Source of the DNA: a virus
Reading direction: 5' to 3' (one strand)
IMG/VR virus record: IMGVR_UViG_3300025424_000009
DNA length: 64,000 nt
Under the pieces are notes generated by a model that was given only the letters and a program-made list of their open reading frames with translations, had not been told where the DNA came from and searched no databases. A program made the translations under genes and the position numbers. The stretch's first letter is position 1; the number at the start of each line of letters is the position of its first letter. Shown piece after piece: positions 29,573 through 43,000 of this stretch.

Positions 29573-30910
29573 TTGAAATTACAAGACTTAGTAGAAAAGT
29601 TTATCAAGAACCCTTCCGAAATGAGAAGGGGTGCAGGATTTATGTCAAAGCGTTATAAGATGTCTACAGATGATATAAAAAAAGCAAGAGAGCTAGCTAA
29701 GAGTAGTCTAGAGAGTGCAGACTTCTATCAGACGGTTGATATACCTACCACAGAGAATACTCTAACTACTTCAGGTACTACAGAAGATGTTGCAATAACA
29801 GAGCTTGGTAAACCTAAACTAGTAAAAGAAAAGGTATCTGAAAACGGAGATAGAGATTTGGAAATTCTATCAGATAAACCTCTTAGTAGAGAGGAGATTG
29901 AAAAAGAATTTCATATAGACAATATCTCCACTACCTTATCTAACTACTGGAATAAAGCTACACCTAGTGGTAGGTACCTAGTAAGTGCCTTTATAAAGTG
30001 TCATCATAATAACTTCCATTCAGAAGAACAATTAAGAGAGAAGTTAAAGTCAATGTTGATTGACACTGAGCCTACCTTAGTAAAGAAAGCTGTCAGCCCT
30101 TCTGAAAAGATATGTATCGTTTACTTATCTGACGAGCATGTAGGGGCTTTAAATCATGTAGATGATGTACATGGTAACTTCTATTCCTCGGATATATACA
30201 TAGGAAGATTAGAGCAAGTGGTGCAAGAGGTATTAGATTTGGAATCCACCTATGAGAAGTTATACATTATTAATCTAGGAGATGAGGCTGATAGCCAGCT
30301 TGATAAGATGACTACTAGGAAAGGTCATGTATTACCTTCAGAGAGTGGTAAAGTTCAGTTTGACATATACATAAAAGGACGTAGGATGCTATTTGAATCT
30401 ATCTTCTCTTCTGGAGTATCTGCTGAGTACGAAGTTATAAATTGTAATAACAGTAATCATAGTGGTAATGATCTTAGTTACATATGGAATAGAGCAGTAG
30501 AGATATGGCTTGAAGCAAGGTTTCCTGAAGTGATAGTAAAGAACGTTACTAAGTATATTGATTGTTTTGAATATGGCAAGCATGTAGTAGCTTTTGCACA
30601 TGGCAAGGATGATAAGGATATGGGTAAGAATTGGCCTTTACAAATTAATACTAATGTTGATGGGTGGATTATGCAATGGTTTGATAGAAAAGGTTACAGC
30701 TCTTCTAGAAATTGGCTACATGTAAGGAAGGGAGATTTACACAGTCTCAATGTAAGTATGGGGAAATTTGGAGATTATATTTCTATGCCTTCAGTTTATG
30801 GAAGCTCTTCATGGATTGGCCTGAACTTTGGGCTAGGTAGGCCTGGAGCTTATATAGAAGTGTTATCAAAGAAATCTCCATCTGTTACTAATAAATTTAT
30901 TTGGTTTTAA
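29573..30910 (+). CDS. Calcineurin-like metallophosphoesterase with an N-terminal extension
   Basis: LSDEHVG, NLGDEAD, SNH, FAHG, GDLH metal-binding motifs. Confidence 0.85.
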   Translation: MKLQDLVEKFIKNPSEMRRGAGFMSKRYKMSTDDIKKARELAKSSLESADFYQTVDIPTTENTLTTSGTTEDVAITELGKPKLVKEKVSENGDRDLEILSDKPLSREEIEKEFHIDNISTTLSNYWNKATPSGRYLVSAFIKCHHNNFHSEEQLREKLKSMLIDTEPTLVKKAVSPSEKICIVYLSDEHVGALNHVDDVHGNFYSSDIYIGRLEQVVQEVLDLESTYEKLYIINLGDEADSQLDKMTTRKGHVLPSESGKVQFDIYIKGRRMLFESIFSSGVSAEYEVINCNNSNHSGNDLSYIWNRAVEIWLEARFPEVIVKNVTKYIDCFEYGKHVVAFAHGKDDKDMGKNWPLQINTNVDGWIMQWFDRKGYSSSRNWLHVRKGDLHSLNVSMGKFGDYISMPSVYGSSSWIGLNFGLGRPGAYIEVLSKKSPSVTNKFIWF

Positions 30911-30972
30911 ATAGTAGTGAAATAAAAAAATCCCATCAACCCTTTTACCTCTAAACAAAATCTCTCTCATAA

Positions 30973-33900
30973 TTATATATTTTCTATTTCTTTTTTAACT
31001 TTTAAGTAATCTTCAATCTCGTACCATATGTTATCATTGTCATCAATATTATTAAATTCATCCTCATACAACCCTTCTAAAATTAAATCTACCTCTTCTA
31101 AAGACTTTTCCTTTGCTTCCCTTGTACGCTCTTTAATAGAGTTAGGGTGAGTATAGTTTAAGTAATGCTTAGTAAATATTTTTGAAGCTTCAAATTTATG
31201 ATTCATTATTTTCTAATTTATAAGTCGTTCTAACTCCACCTGGTTCCCAGCTACAAGGTGGTAGTGTTTCTATAACCTTGTTCAAATTATCTAATGCTTC
31301 TTGGAGTTCTTTAGGTAATTCACCATCACCGTCCTCCGGCATTCTATCACTCCAATATTCCGGTTCAACCTTATCATAATGTAAGGGATCACAGAAGAGT
31401 AAATCTAATTTAGTTAATTCATTCTCATCCATGTACTCAATGATATCTTCCTCATCGAAGAAATACCGGTCACCGAAAGCCTCTATCACAGGAGATCCAT
31501 CATACTCCTTGAAAGGCATCCTCAAGTAATTAGCTTGGGCAGTTTTATTTCTACAATCCTTACAGGTGAGATAAAATTTGTTGTCGGTGAGGTTACCACA
31601 ATTTTTACACTTAATATGAGTGCAGCTATCATATCTTGCCATGTGTTCTGCACTATCACCTCTACTATAAAATTTGCCGTTAGTACTTAGCCACCCTTTT
31701 GCATTTGTGATGTAAGTAGCCGCTTCAGGGCTATCATACAGTATTACTTTTTCATTTTTCATAATCTTCTATTTTAGCATTTAATAAATAAAACATTTCC
31801 CCATTAAACATAATATCTTCGACCTCTGCCGAAAAGCAAGCATCATCCAATTCTACACAATAAGATTCACCCTCATCTGTATAATGAAGAACTTCTGTTT
31901 CGCCTGTTTTGTCACTAATGAAATGTCCTTGATCCATACTTTCACATTCACTATCTGAGAAGTTATACCTTTGGACTCTTGAAAATGAATATGCCTTGTC
32001 AAGCTGACTAAATATAGCCCAAGCTTTCTCCATAAATTCATTCTTGGTTATAGTAGGCTGATCTTCTGTACTGAAGTCAGTACCAAACAGTTCATCAAAA
32101 TTCATATACTAATTTTTTACTTTCTAAGTTTTATACCTTTACCTGGAATTAAGTTATCCTCTTTTAATTCAATCAATTTAACACAATCTTCGTAGGAACC
32201 TTTAATATCAATTTTTAATAGTTGAGGTACACTGTTATAATTATCACGGTTAATTGTTATGATATTATTCATATTAATTGCTGAGATAATTTGAAATAAA
32301 TTTTTCTCAACATCCGGAAGACTTCTATTCAAAAAATTAACCAAAGCCCCGGTAGTATCAATATAAATCATGCCCCTTATATCATTACTGCCTGCACTAG
32401 CCATTAATCTTTTAAAGATTGCATCACTTCCTGATGTATAAACTGAATATGTTATAAGGATATTATCTGGGTTGAATATAATCTCAGCTAGTTCATCCCT
32501 ATCCATTAGATTAAATTGATAGTGAATAACCATATTATTTATTTGTTCATCACTCAGATGTAGACTATTTTCTAGAAAGAAAATTCCATAGTCAATACAA
32601 TCTTTACTAGCAGGACATTCATAATCTTTTTCTAAAAATACAAGTTGTTTGTTTTTAAATAAATATTTCATAATTACATTTCTTTTAAGTGTTTCAAAAT
32701 TTGTTTAAATGTATTATATTTATTATATAGGGGGATTTCATTACGTTTAATCATCCATTCAATCTCGCCTATTATTGCCTCTACTTCTGTTATGGCGCAT
32801 TGGATAGCAAATACATGAAACCCTCTTATCTGTTTATACTTCTCCACTATCTCATTTGCTGCTTTTATTATTTCTTCGTTTGTCATTTTTTACGATTTAT
32901 GTATTTTAAATATTCTTGTTCTGTGGCAGGGAGTGTATCTTTAAGGTAAGATATAAAGCCTGTATATACATCAGCAAATGATATTTGCATTAATTCATTA
33001 AATCCCCAGTATTTAACTTTAAGAATATAAATACGACCATTATGGGTATAATGTATATAATTAGGCATATCCTCCACTTTTCTTTTTTCCCACCAAAATA
33101 AAGGTTTAAATATTGCAGGGTATTTTTCAAATGGCTTTAACCCTAATTCTACTATTTCCCCTATATTCCAAGTGCTGCCTGGATAATCTGCAATAACCTC
33201 ATATCGAGGTTTTAAAAGTTCTTCGTTTGTCATAATGTGTTATTTTAAATAAGGATTAATATTTATCAATATCTGATTCTTTGTAATTATTTAATAAATT
33301 AAAACGTTTACCATTTAATAATCTCTTATTTATTTCACCTTTTTTATTTACCTTGCAGCAAATATAAGTTGGCATCCAACAACCACTTCTCAAAGTGTAA
33401 CCATAATAAGAATGTATTTTCATTTTTGTTTTATTTACAATAACTAAATCGCCAATATTGTATTTATAAGTAGGGTATTCCTTTGGCAAATTGTCAAAAC
33501 AATTATTCCCCTGTGTTTTATTTGATACTACTTCCATCATCTTAAAAATTATAAGGATTAAATTCCCCCAACCCTCTAGGGTCAATGCTTTTTATCTCAT
33601 CAGGGAATAAATTTATTCTACGTGAGAAACAATAAAGGAATAGGGATAATTGATTTTCAACATCGTAATATACTTCTGTACCATAATGATATATTAAAAA
33701 TGAATTACATTCGTAATAAAATTCAAACCTTAAAAAATGCAACCTATCACTTATTAATTCAGTGTCACTATGTTCATCTATTAACCCCTCTATCTTTGCC
33801 AATTCTACTAAAGGTATTTCTTCTTTACCTTCATGTATTATTGTTTCTGTTAAGGCTGATAGTGGGTAGAGTAATGGTTTATCTACAGATTGAATTGTAT

Positions 33901-36568
33901 TTATATTAGAACTGTTTAAATCTTTTATATTACCACTTATTGGTAATTGTACCTTAACCCCACTATGTAAATAATGTATTAATTTATTGCTCATTTTTAT
34001 TTTTTCAGTTACAATATTATGTAAGTTTTAATTATTTCCATATTTTTTACAATGATTATTATTTCTTCTACTAATTCTTGCCTTATAAATTCTATTCATT
34101 TTATGTGAATGGTCATTATTACTAACATTAATATTCAAATATAACTCAATACTTTTCTCAGATTCAGTTTTTAGTTTTTTAGAAAGTTTCCAACTATCTA
34201 TTAAAGACAAAGGTTTTTCTTTAACAGTGTCGTTGAATAATGTTATTAAATCTGTTTCAATTCTTCTAAAAATATTAATTATTTCAAAATCATCATTAAG
34301 ATGTACTTCACAATATGGAAACCCATCATCTAATTGGTCAATCATAACTAACTTATCTCCTACAATATAATCTTTACTTATTACCAGTTGTTCATGATAA
34401 CTTTTTAAATTATTACAAATAGATAATATTGTTGTTAATTGTTTTTTATTCATTTTTTTCTATTTTTTATTTATTTTATATTATCTAATGGATAAGCTGT
34501 TAGTATAGAATCTTTATCTATTTCATAAGTAGTGAATCCTACAGGGTCATCAGATTCCCAATCATTATTTCCCCAACCCTCATCTATTTTAGCTTTTTTA
34601 CTGGCTTGTTTTAAAGCTTCTTTTACATGATATTTAGCAAATTCTATGAGTATTATTTCTGGATAATATGAAAATAATAAGCTATTTTTACCTATAAATT
34701 CTTTTACTGTCATTTTATTAGTTTAATATTTTTAAATAAATGTTATCAGGATAATCTCCTCCAAACACAAACTTTGTAACTGGACATAGCCATATCTGAA
34801 ACCCATCAGATACTCTATGATAATAACCTCCTATCTCGATAGGATGATTGTAATCCATCAGTTCATCAGGATCCATACCTAACTCGTCCATTTTAAAGTG
34901 GTGTTCATAACCTTCAAAAGGTTCATCTGAAAATTCAAGCAGTACTTCAATTCCGTCATCAGATAATTCATCTAACATTAAGTCTGCACCGGCAACCATC
35001 TGTAGGTTTGCTTTAGTACCCAATCCTAATTCAAGAAAGACAGGGAGGTCAATAAACCATCCCTGCTCATCTTTATAAAATCTATGTATCATAAGTTATT
35101 ACTATTTTGCAGTGATTTCAAACTTAGTACCTGACTCTAACTTAACCCCTTCTATATCTACTGTATCTACATTATTACAAGTTTTAGGTGATTCTAAACA
35201 AACTACTATTTTATCATACACCCTCATTAAGTGTTTACCTTGAAGTACCCCATTTGTTACTTTCATTATCTCACCAATTTTTAAATCTTTGGCTTGGAAT
35301 TTAACTATGGGTTCTTTAAAGAATTGAAGTAATAATTCTGTTTGTTCTGAATTTGCTTCTGCAAATGCTTGTCTTAAAATAATTTCATCTACTTCAATCA
35401 TACTTGAAAATGGATTCTTAGATAACTCAATGTCTATTCTACCTTTCCATGCAAGACACACTTCTTTATAAATTTTTCCTAAGTTTTCTCTTGAGATTGT
35501 TTGTGTTGCCATTTTACTTTTATTTTTATTTATTAAATCTTTGAAATTTAGAATAGTATATTTTAAATTTATATAAGACTGTTCAGTACCATATGTACCA
35601 TTCTTTACATCATAACATATAGCTTTGCCTATGTAAGGTTTGTATTTCCTATAACTTGTATCATCACACCATGTGTAACCTAAGTCATCTAGTATATTTG
35701 TGAATTGATTTACTTCATCCTCATTTTCACATTTAATCGCGGTCTTATCTCTTTCAAATATTTCTCTCCAATTCACTTCATCTTCTTTAATTAACTGGTC
35801 GATGGTGTATACATTTCTAATACCTTTTATTAGTAAACTTTGCATATTACGACATCCTCCATAATATCCTGGATTATCTAAACTACGTGTGTAATAATAT
35901 ACAAATAAACCATCTGATATCGCATTTTGTTCATTACACTCTTGGAAGAAATCGTTTATTTCTTTTGATTTACTATCTTGCCATATAATAGCTACCTTCT
36001 TATCTAAGAAGTCTTGTTTTGTGAACCCTTCTTTCATTGTTTAATATTTAATATTTAATACGTTTTCTTTAAATTCCTGCAAATCTAATCTATCTGTCAA
36101 TACAAATTTACCTAATCTAAAAGCTCCTGTTTCATTTAGCAATTCCCTTATATTCTTTTCACTCTTCCTATTGATGGAGTGTGTATGTTTCATATCGTGG
36201 ATATAAATTCCGTAGGAGTTAAGTAGATTATTTAAAGCTATTGACATATTCATATCAACTTCCTTTACCTGAAACATCCTCTCTACACTATTGGTATTAA
36301 AAGACCACCTACCTTTATAAGGCCATGAGTAGCTGTATTTAGACCAAATCATATTCACCTTAACTTTACAACTGTAGGTTCTATGACCTCCACTGTATAT
36401 GTCATGGACCTTGCACCTACCGTAATACCCATTATCATCTAGAAGACTCTGTAACTGCATGACAGACCTTGGATTGTGCTTAGTGACTAGATCTGAGATA
36501 GATATACTAAACTGGTCATTGTATATAATTTCTTCAGGCTCATTATGTATTATACCTAGATAACTCAT
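30973..36568 (-). other. Array of small and medium hypothetical CDSs (30973-31206, 31196-31762, 31752-32105, 32117-32671, 32674-32886, 32883-33233, 33256-33585, 33542-33994, 34028-34453, 34471-34713, 34718-35092, 35102-36037, 36041-36568)
   Basis: Contiguous head-to-tail ORFs on the - strand; no confident functions. Confidence 0.75.
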
Positions 36569-36945
36569 AGTAAATGTGATTTAGAGATTAATAATTGTTT
36601 ACAGTTCTTCATCACTCGACAATAGTACTTTACTCTATTAATCTCTTCACTAGATATCTTATAGCCTCTACTCACCACTACCTTTAAAACCTTTTGTACA
36701 GACTGTACTGATAAGTCTACATACTCATCTAAGCTCTTGTATCCTTTCCTATAATTACATAGGACACAGGAGAATACCCACATGTCTGGCTTACAGAAGG
36801 AACCACCTTTTGATTTAGGTATAATATGATCCCTAGTAATATTCTCAAAGGGTACCTTACTCTTACAGTACTCACAACATTCACCTCTCTTTTTATACTC
36901 ACTCTCTAACCCAGGGTTAGGTTTTCTTTTTATTGATGCTATCAA
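36565..36945 (-). CDS. HNH endonuclease
   Basis: CEYC...ITRDHIIPKSKGG....W..SCVLCN..KG. Confidence 0.9.
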   Translation of the reverse strand: MIASIKRKPNPGLESEYKKRGECCEYCKSKVPFENITRDHIIPKSKGGSFCKPDMWVFSCVLCNYRKGYKSLDEYVDLSVQSVQKVLKVVVSRGYKISSEEINRVKYYCRVMKNCKQLLISKSHLL

Positions 36946-37043
36946 TTTTTGTTACTTTAAATTCCTGCATAACTTTTTTGCTTTATTAGGTGAATACATC
37001 ATCTTTTAAATACCGACCATTTTTACCTACAACTTAACCTTTT

Positions 37044-37063
37044 CACGAAAGACAAGGGTGTTA
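37044..37063 (-). promoter_or_regulatory. Conserved intergenic motif TAACACnCTTGTCTTTCG, copy 1
   Basis: Recurs at 47151, 56051 (degenerate), 59140, 63860. Confidence 0.6.
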
Positions 37064-40000
37064 CAAGAATATCCAATTAAACTCACTCCTATCTACTCCT
37101 GCTAGGTCAAGGCAGTCGAGGTAGCCCTTCATCACTGCCACGTTGTAAAGATAACTACTATCAGTAGCTATATTCTTATTGACCCTTTCTATACGCTCTC
37201 TGAGATTAAGTAAATATCTCTCTTGATGTCTAGTCATCTCTAGTATCTTTTCTGATAAATCTATCATAACTTATATTTATTTTTTATTAAAGAATTGATT
37301 TTGTGAGTCACTATATGCACCACTAAGCAGCAACTTAGACATAGTGGTATGTGTGTTATTATCTCTTCCATAACTTAATTTTAAAGAGTTCTTAAATTAT
37401 AGGGTATAGCATCCAGACCCCAATCAAATGTGTATCCCACAGACTCTACTGCTATCTGCATAGCTTTTAGTTCCTCGTATCCTATGTCTTCCCCGTAAGC
37501 GGTATCATAGTACTCAAGTATTTGTCTAAGGTTATCAGGTAATAATTCCTGGTGTTCAAATAAATCAACTATTGAAATATCCATAATCTTCTTTTGTTAT
37601 TTCTTTTGAATTAAATGGTGGTGTTTGATATACACTCTGCTTCACATAGATAGTGTACGACTGATCGTTGGAAGGGTTAACCGTCACCTCGTAGTAATTA
37701 AATTCTTGTTTCATATCTTTAATTATTTCTTTCTTCAGTTAAATACTCACCATTATTAAGATAGACAACATGGTTGTTCTTATATTTCGGTAAAGCATAA
37801 CCCAACAACTTGATATTCAATATCTGTGTTATACCCTCTGCTAGGGCTATAGATAGAACATCTTCTTCACTCTCTGCTATGATAAGGGCGAAGGGTTCTG
37901 ATACCTCAAATGAGGCTTTACACTCTACTGCATATATACCTAATAAAGGCATTGATGTTTCCCTGTAGTCAGGGTAAGGGTCAACCTCAAATGAGGTGCC
38001 GGTGAAAGGTCGTGTGTTGTTCATCTTATATTTTTTAAATTTACTACATCAGGTTTATTCCCGAAGTACGTTCCGTAATAACTACCTGCAAAGGTATTGC
38101 ATTTTATTTTAAATTCTTCTAATTCATCATCCCAATCGTCACTTAGATATGATAGTTTAGTTTCTATCCTCCTAGACCAAGTATGGTAAGGGTCACAGTT
38201 ATGTAACACATCTAACATCTCTTCTTCTGATTCACACTCGTTTAATTCCTCTAAATCACATAGTGGAATTTCTTCCCATATCCTCAACTCTGCTTCACGC
38301 CCATCTTTATTATTTCTCCAGTAGTCATTCTCGTATTGGTAGGGAGGAAAGCTCATTACATCAAAATCATCATATTCTTTCTGAGCCTCCTCTAGGGTAG
38401 TGAATAACTCTACAATCTTAGAGTCAGCATAGTTATCTCCTGTGTATACAGAATACTTAGGTTGTTTATTCAAGAAGTCAACCACCTCTTTTTTAATCTC
38501 CATAACTCATAATTTAAAAATGTTTAATTCTATACTTCTAATTTCAAACTTTCGCTTGTCAGGATTGCGTTCTAAGGCCTTGAACTCCTTCGGTGATATA
38601 ACACTAAGGCAGAAGGTATTGAAGTCAAATTTAGCCACCTTAATGCCATTCTTAAAGGCAAAGACATAATCGGTTGTAAACTTACAAGTATAGGTCATAG
38701 TAAAGATAGTTAAATTAATACTGATAGTATCTACCATTTATTTTCTTAACTCCCTCTCCTTCGGACTCCGACTCACTTACCTCTTCAATTCCGTGGTATT
38801 TCAAATCATCACAACTTTCCACCATCTCTGATAATAAGCCAAAGGCTTCAAATATTTCAACATTATTATAACCTGCCTCTTCTAACATATCACAGATGTT
38901 TACAGGCTCCTCTTCGATGATTAGTAATAATTCCTTAGTATTACAATCTTCAATGTACTTGCAATAAGTAGTATTATAATCACCATCTATATCAATAGTA
39001 CCTGTCCCATCATTGTTGTAATCCAATCCAGTATAACCACCATTAGGCTTATAGTAACCATACTCTCCTAAATCAGATACAGTCAAACCTAACCTTTTAA
39101 AGATAGGATAACAATCCATGGTTGCCTGATCAATTTCTTCATCATTATGTACTTCAAAGAAATTATCCAATGCCCGTAAGATATTAGGATAACCTTTATA
39201 CTTGTGTCCATATTCTGTTTCAAACGCATGATAAAGAAAGAAGTCATCTACATAGTCATTAATATCTTTAGTGTAATTGTCAAAAGACAAATGACCTGGA
39301 TTCCAAAATCTACCACCTCTTCCTATATGGAAGCATACTATTGTACCCATAACTTATATTTTTGTTATATTAAAACTTAAAAACTCCTGATTGTTCTTAC
39401 CTTCTCTGATAGTAGAGTAGAAGAATAAGTACCCATTATCTTCCAACTCTTCTCTGAACTCCGTTATCTTAATTGGCATCCTAGATATTGGGTGAAAGAG
39501 AAGGGAGGCCAGAGGACCTTCCTTCACTATCTTGATACATTCTTTCTTAGTTATCTCCTGGATCTTATCACAGATGATATTGATATTGTTGGTGGAGGGT
39601 AGTTTCATTATCTATTTTGTTTATAGTATTCAAAACTCTCCATAGTAGCTTTCACCCTATCTACAAATAGTTGCTGCCACTGATCATCATTCATCATACC
39701 AATACCCTTCTCATTCTGATAGTCAGCTAAATCCGATTGAATCTGATCTAAGAATCTTAAGTACTCATCTTCCCTAGATAGGGAGTGAGGATTATCAAAC
39801 CACTTAATATTCTTTATTAACTCTTTGTCATTCTGACACTCAAATAAATCCTCGAAGCCAGCTTCTGTGATAGTCATATCATTTTCATAAGGACCGTACA
39901 AATCACTTATATCTGATGAATATATAGGGTCAACTACAACCTCTACATATTGTATCTCAGTATCACTATCAACCCTAAGTATACTATTGCCTTTAGCTAC

Positions 40001-43000
40001 CGTAATCAAAACTTTATTCATTTCTTTACTTATTTAAAAATTCAATAATTAATTCTCTTGTAGTCTTGGTACCCACGTCTACTGTGGACCAGAACTTATG
40101 TTTTATTACTGACTCTACTAAGTCTTCAAGCTTATCTAAAGATAATGAATAATCAGTATCAATATTAAAGCCTAGATTAAGATATGTATTAGTATCGTTA
40201 AAGTTAGATGGTATTAGTTCTCCCTTCTCATTTAGGTTATGGACTATACAATCTTCATCTACTACATAGCCTCTCTCCCTTGCTAAGGGTATTGCTTGGT
40301 AATCTGATTCTAGTATATCCAGATCATCTATCTTCTGTACTTCCCAAGTGGGAGTTGACCTCATACACCAAGATACTAACCACCCTTCATCTTCGTAGGT
40401 GTGACCTACATTCATTAACTTACTCATAACTATTATTTTTTATTATAACTCTTCAAATAGATCTTCAAGGTTACTTGTTGCATTCTCTAAATCATTTACA
40501 ATGTCCTCTAGTACATTTAAATCATCATCCCACTCAGAACCCTTATCAGACTCTTGCCAAGCCTCTGACCTGCTGTCATAAGTTTCTTGACGCTTCTCTT
40601 GTAACTCTCTGAAGTATTCAGATGCTTCTGCTATTACTTCAATAAACTTTTCTACTTTTGCACTTCTTTTGATACTCAAAATCTTTAAATTTTAATTGTT
40701 TATTAAATTCAATTCTATTAAATCTTTCATAGAATCATCCACGAAGGTTACATCAAATCTATCGCCATTCAGACATACTGTAACTGGTAATGTTTTATCT
40801 TCTACCTTCATCAACTCGTCTATTAAGTATTGGACTGTTATACCATCTAACCCTGATAGCCTACATAGAACTTGGCAAGGATCCTCGTGATATTCATGAA
40901 CCTGAGCCATTAGTACATCCATGAATACTTGTTCATTGACATTAGGACACTCCTCTTTTGGCTTGTCCCAGAGAATACCTCCCTCTGGTGTTCCGTCATA
41001 TACTAAGTCCTCACAATGATAGTCGTAACCCGTACTGTGTAACATTGTTAAATACTGTATAGCCTCTACTTTAGATTTAATCGAGGCTGGTAAATTAATT
41101 GTAAGCGGCATATTTTATTGTTTTATTATTTGATTAATTCTCCGTATTCATCCACTTCATACTCATCAAGAGACATGGAAGATAGTTCGGCCGTAGCTGT
41201 ACCTGCATCTTTTAGATGAGATAATACATCCCATCCATAACCGTCTAGAAGCCATACTTCAGGACCACCTCTTGTGATGCGAGACCAACCGTCTCCACCG
41301 TCTATGTCGTATAAATCCTTACTATGTATTTCCTCTAGTATGTGGCAATGTAAATCAAAATAATCCATTGCTTGTTCTTCTTCTGTTATTGTCAACAGAA
41401 GATTGCCATCTTCTAAAAGTTCAATGTTCATAACTTTTATTTTTAATTTAACTAAAGAATTGTTCCTGTATACAGATCAGGTATAACATAACTAATATAT
41501 ACACCCTCGGATATCAATGTCTCTGCAATCTCTTCTGCCTTACTGATAGGTGCAAAACACCTCCACTGCTCCTCTTTAACATAGCAAGTGTCATCTTTAA
41601 ACTCCATCTCCCCAAAGATGATAAGGACTTGCTGTTCAGGTAGTAACTCTTCCACACTGACAACTTCAATACAAACATCATTTGTTACTATATCACCCCA
41701 ATCATAACCTTCTGCAATCTCTTCTGCAAGCCTTCTTGCATCAACTTCATTCTCCGAATTTACTGTAAATGAGTTTGACTGATAGCAATTTCTTGAAACG
41801 ATTACTTCATATTTTTTATTCATAATTTATTTATTATCAGGGTTAAGTATTATTTTACCATCCACCTCAATCCAATTAATTTCGGAATCATCTTCCACAT
41901 CCCATTCTGTGTAGTAGGACCAGTCACCTACAAACCAGCTATCTGGAACCGAACATTCATGTTTCCATTCTTCAGGTGTGAAGTGTTTATGAAGGCAGTG
42001 GTCAGAGCAATAGTAATCTTCACCCTGTGCTACCACAAATCCGGCATTCATGCCTGAGCCACACTCACTACATTTACGAGCCCATTTGATTACTTGTGTT
42101 GTCATAACTTAAATTTATTTACCGTTTAACCATTCTTCTACCATGTCAGTGAATTCATCTATACCTATCTCATCAGGCATTTGTATGTCATGTACCTCAC
42201 CTAGATAAGAACTGTTAGCATTATTCCAATACGTTTCATTCAAGTAAACATCTACTCCTGTTAAGTCTTGTTCAGGAATGAAAAAAGGTACGCATCTATA
42301 TTCAATACCTCCGATTGTAATTATAACATCTTGCATGATTATTTAATTTAAAATTTCTTCAATAAGTTCTTCATCTAAGGCTTTTCTAAACAACCCCTCT
42401 GCCGAGAGTATGAAATGATAGTCCTCAACGTAGTACGTTATAGCTTGGTCCACAGGTCCATCTATATCATCCCCCTTTCTCAAATCTAAATAGAGTGATA
42501 CCGGTGCCACTACTATGTTGTAACTCAATTCCTTCACTTTGAATTCACGGAGGGGGTATGATTTCCCTTTGTAATTTATACTATCCATTCTATACTGTTT
42601 TAATGTTATGAAAATTTGTTCCGGACTCCAGCACTGCATCTAGGTCATCCTCCCTAAAGTACTTTCTATTTACATCAGTATTACCCTCGACTAGGTAAGC
42701 CATTAAATCACCTAGACTTTCAAATAAAATGTATTCACCGTCTTTAAGATAAGCCCACACCAGTTCAGAGCCATGTTCACCACAACGATAAACCTCTACT
42801 GATTTATCACTTCTCCATGGATATTCGGTTAAGATACACTCCCACATGTTATATAAATTTTTTAAGTGTTAAATAATCTTGTTCAGTTATCTCTTGGTAA
42901 GACCTAACTCTAACCGCAATCTCTCCTGCGTTAAAGAAGTACCAACTATTGTCCTCCTCAGATGTGTTCCCGTAAAATGTACTAGCATAAGCATCAGCTA

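Noticed and set aside
37044-37063. The recurrent 20-nt motif as a solitary CRISPR repeat (RNA anti-CRISPR)
   Set aside because: I could not recognise it as part of any Bacteroidota CRISPR repeat I recall, and it is shorter than typical repeats; a repeat-database search would be needed to exclude this fully
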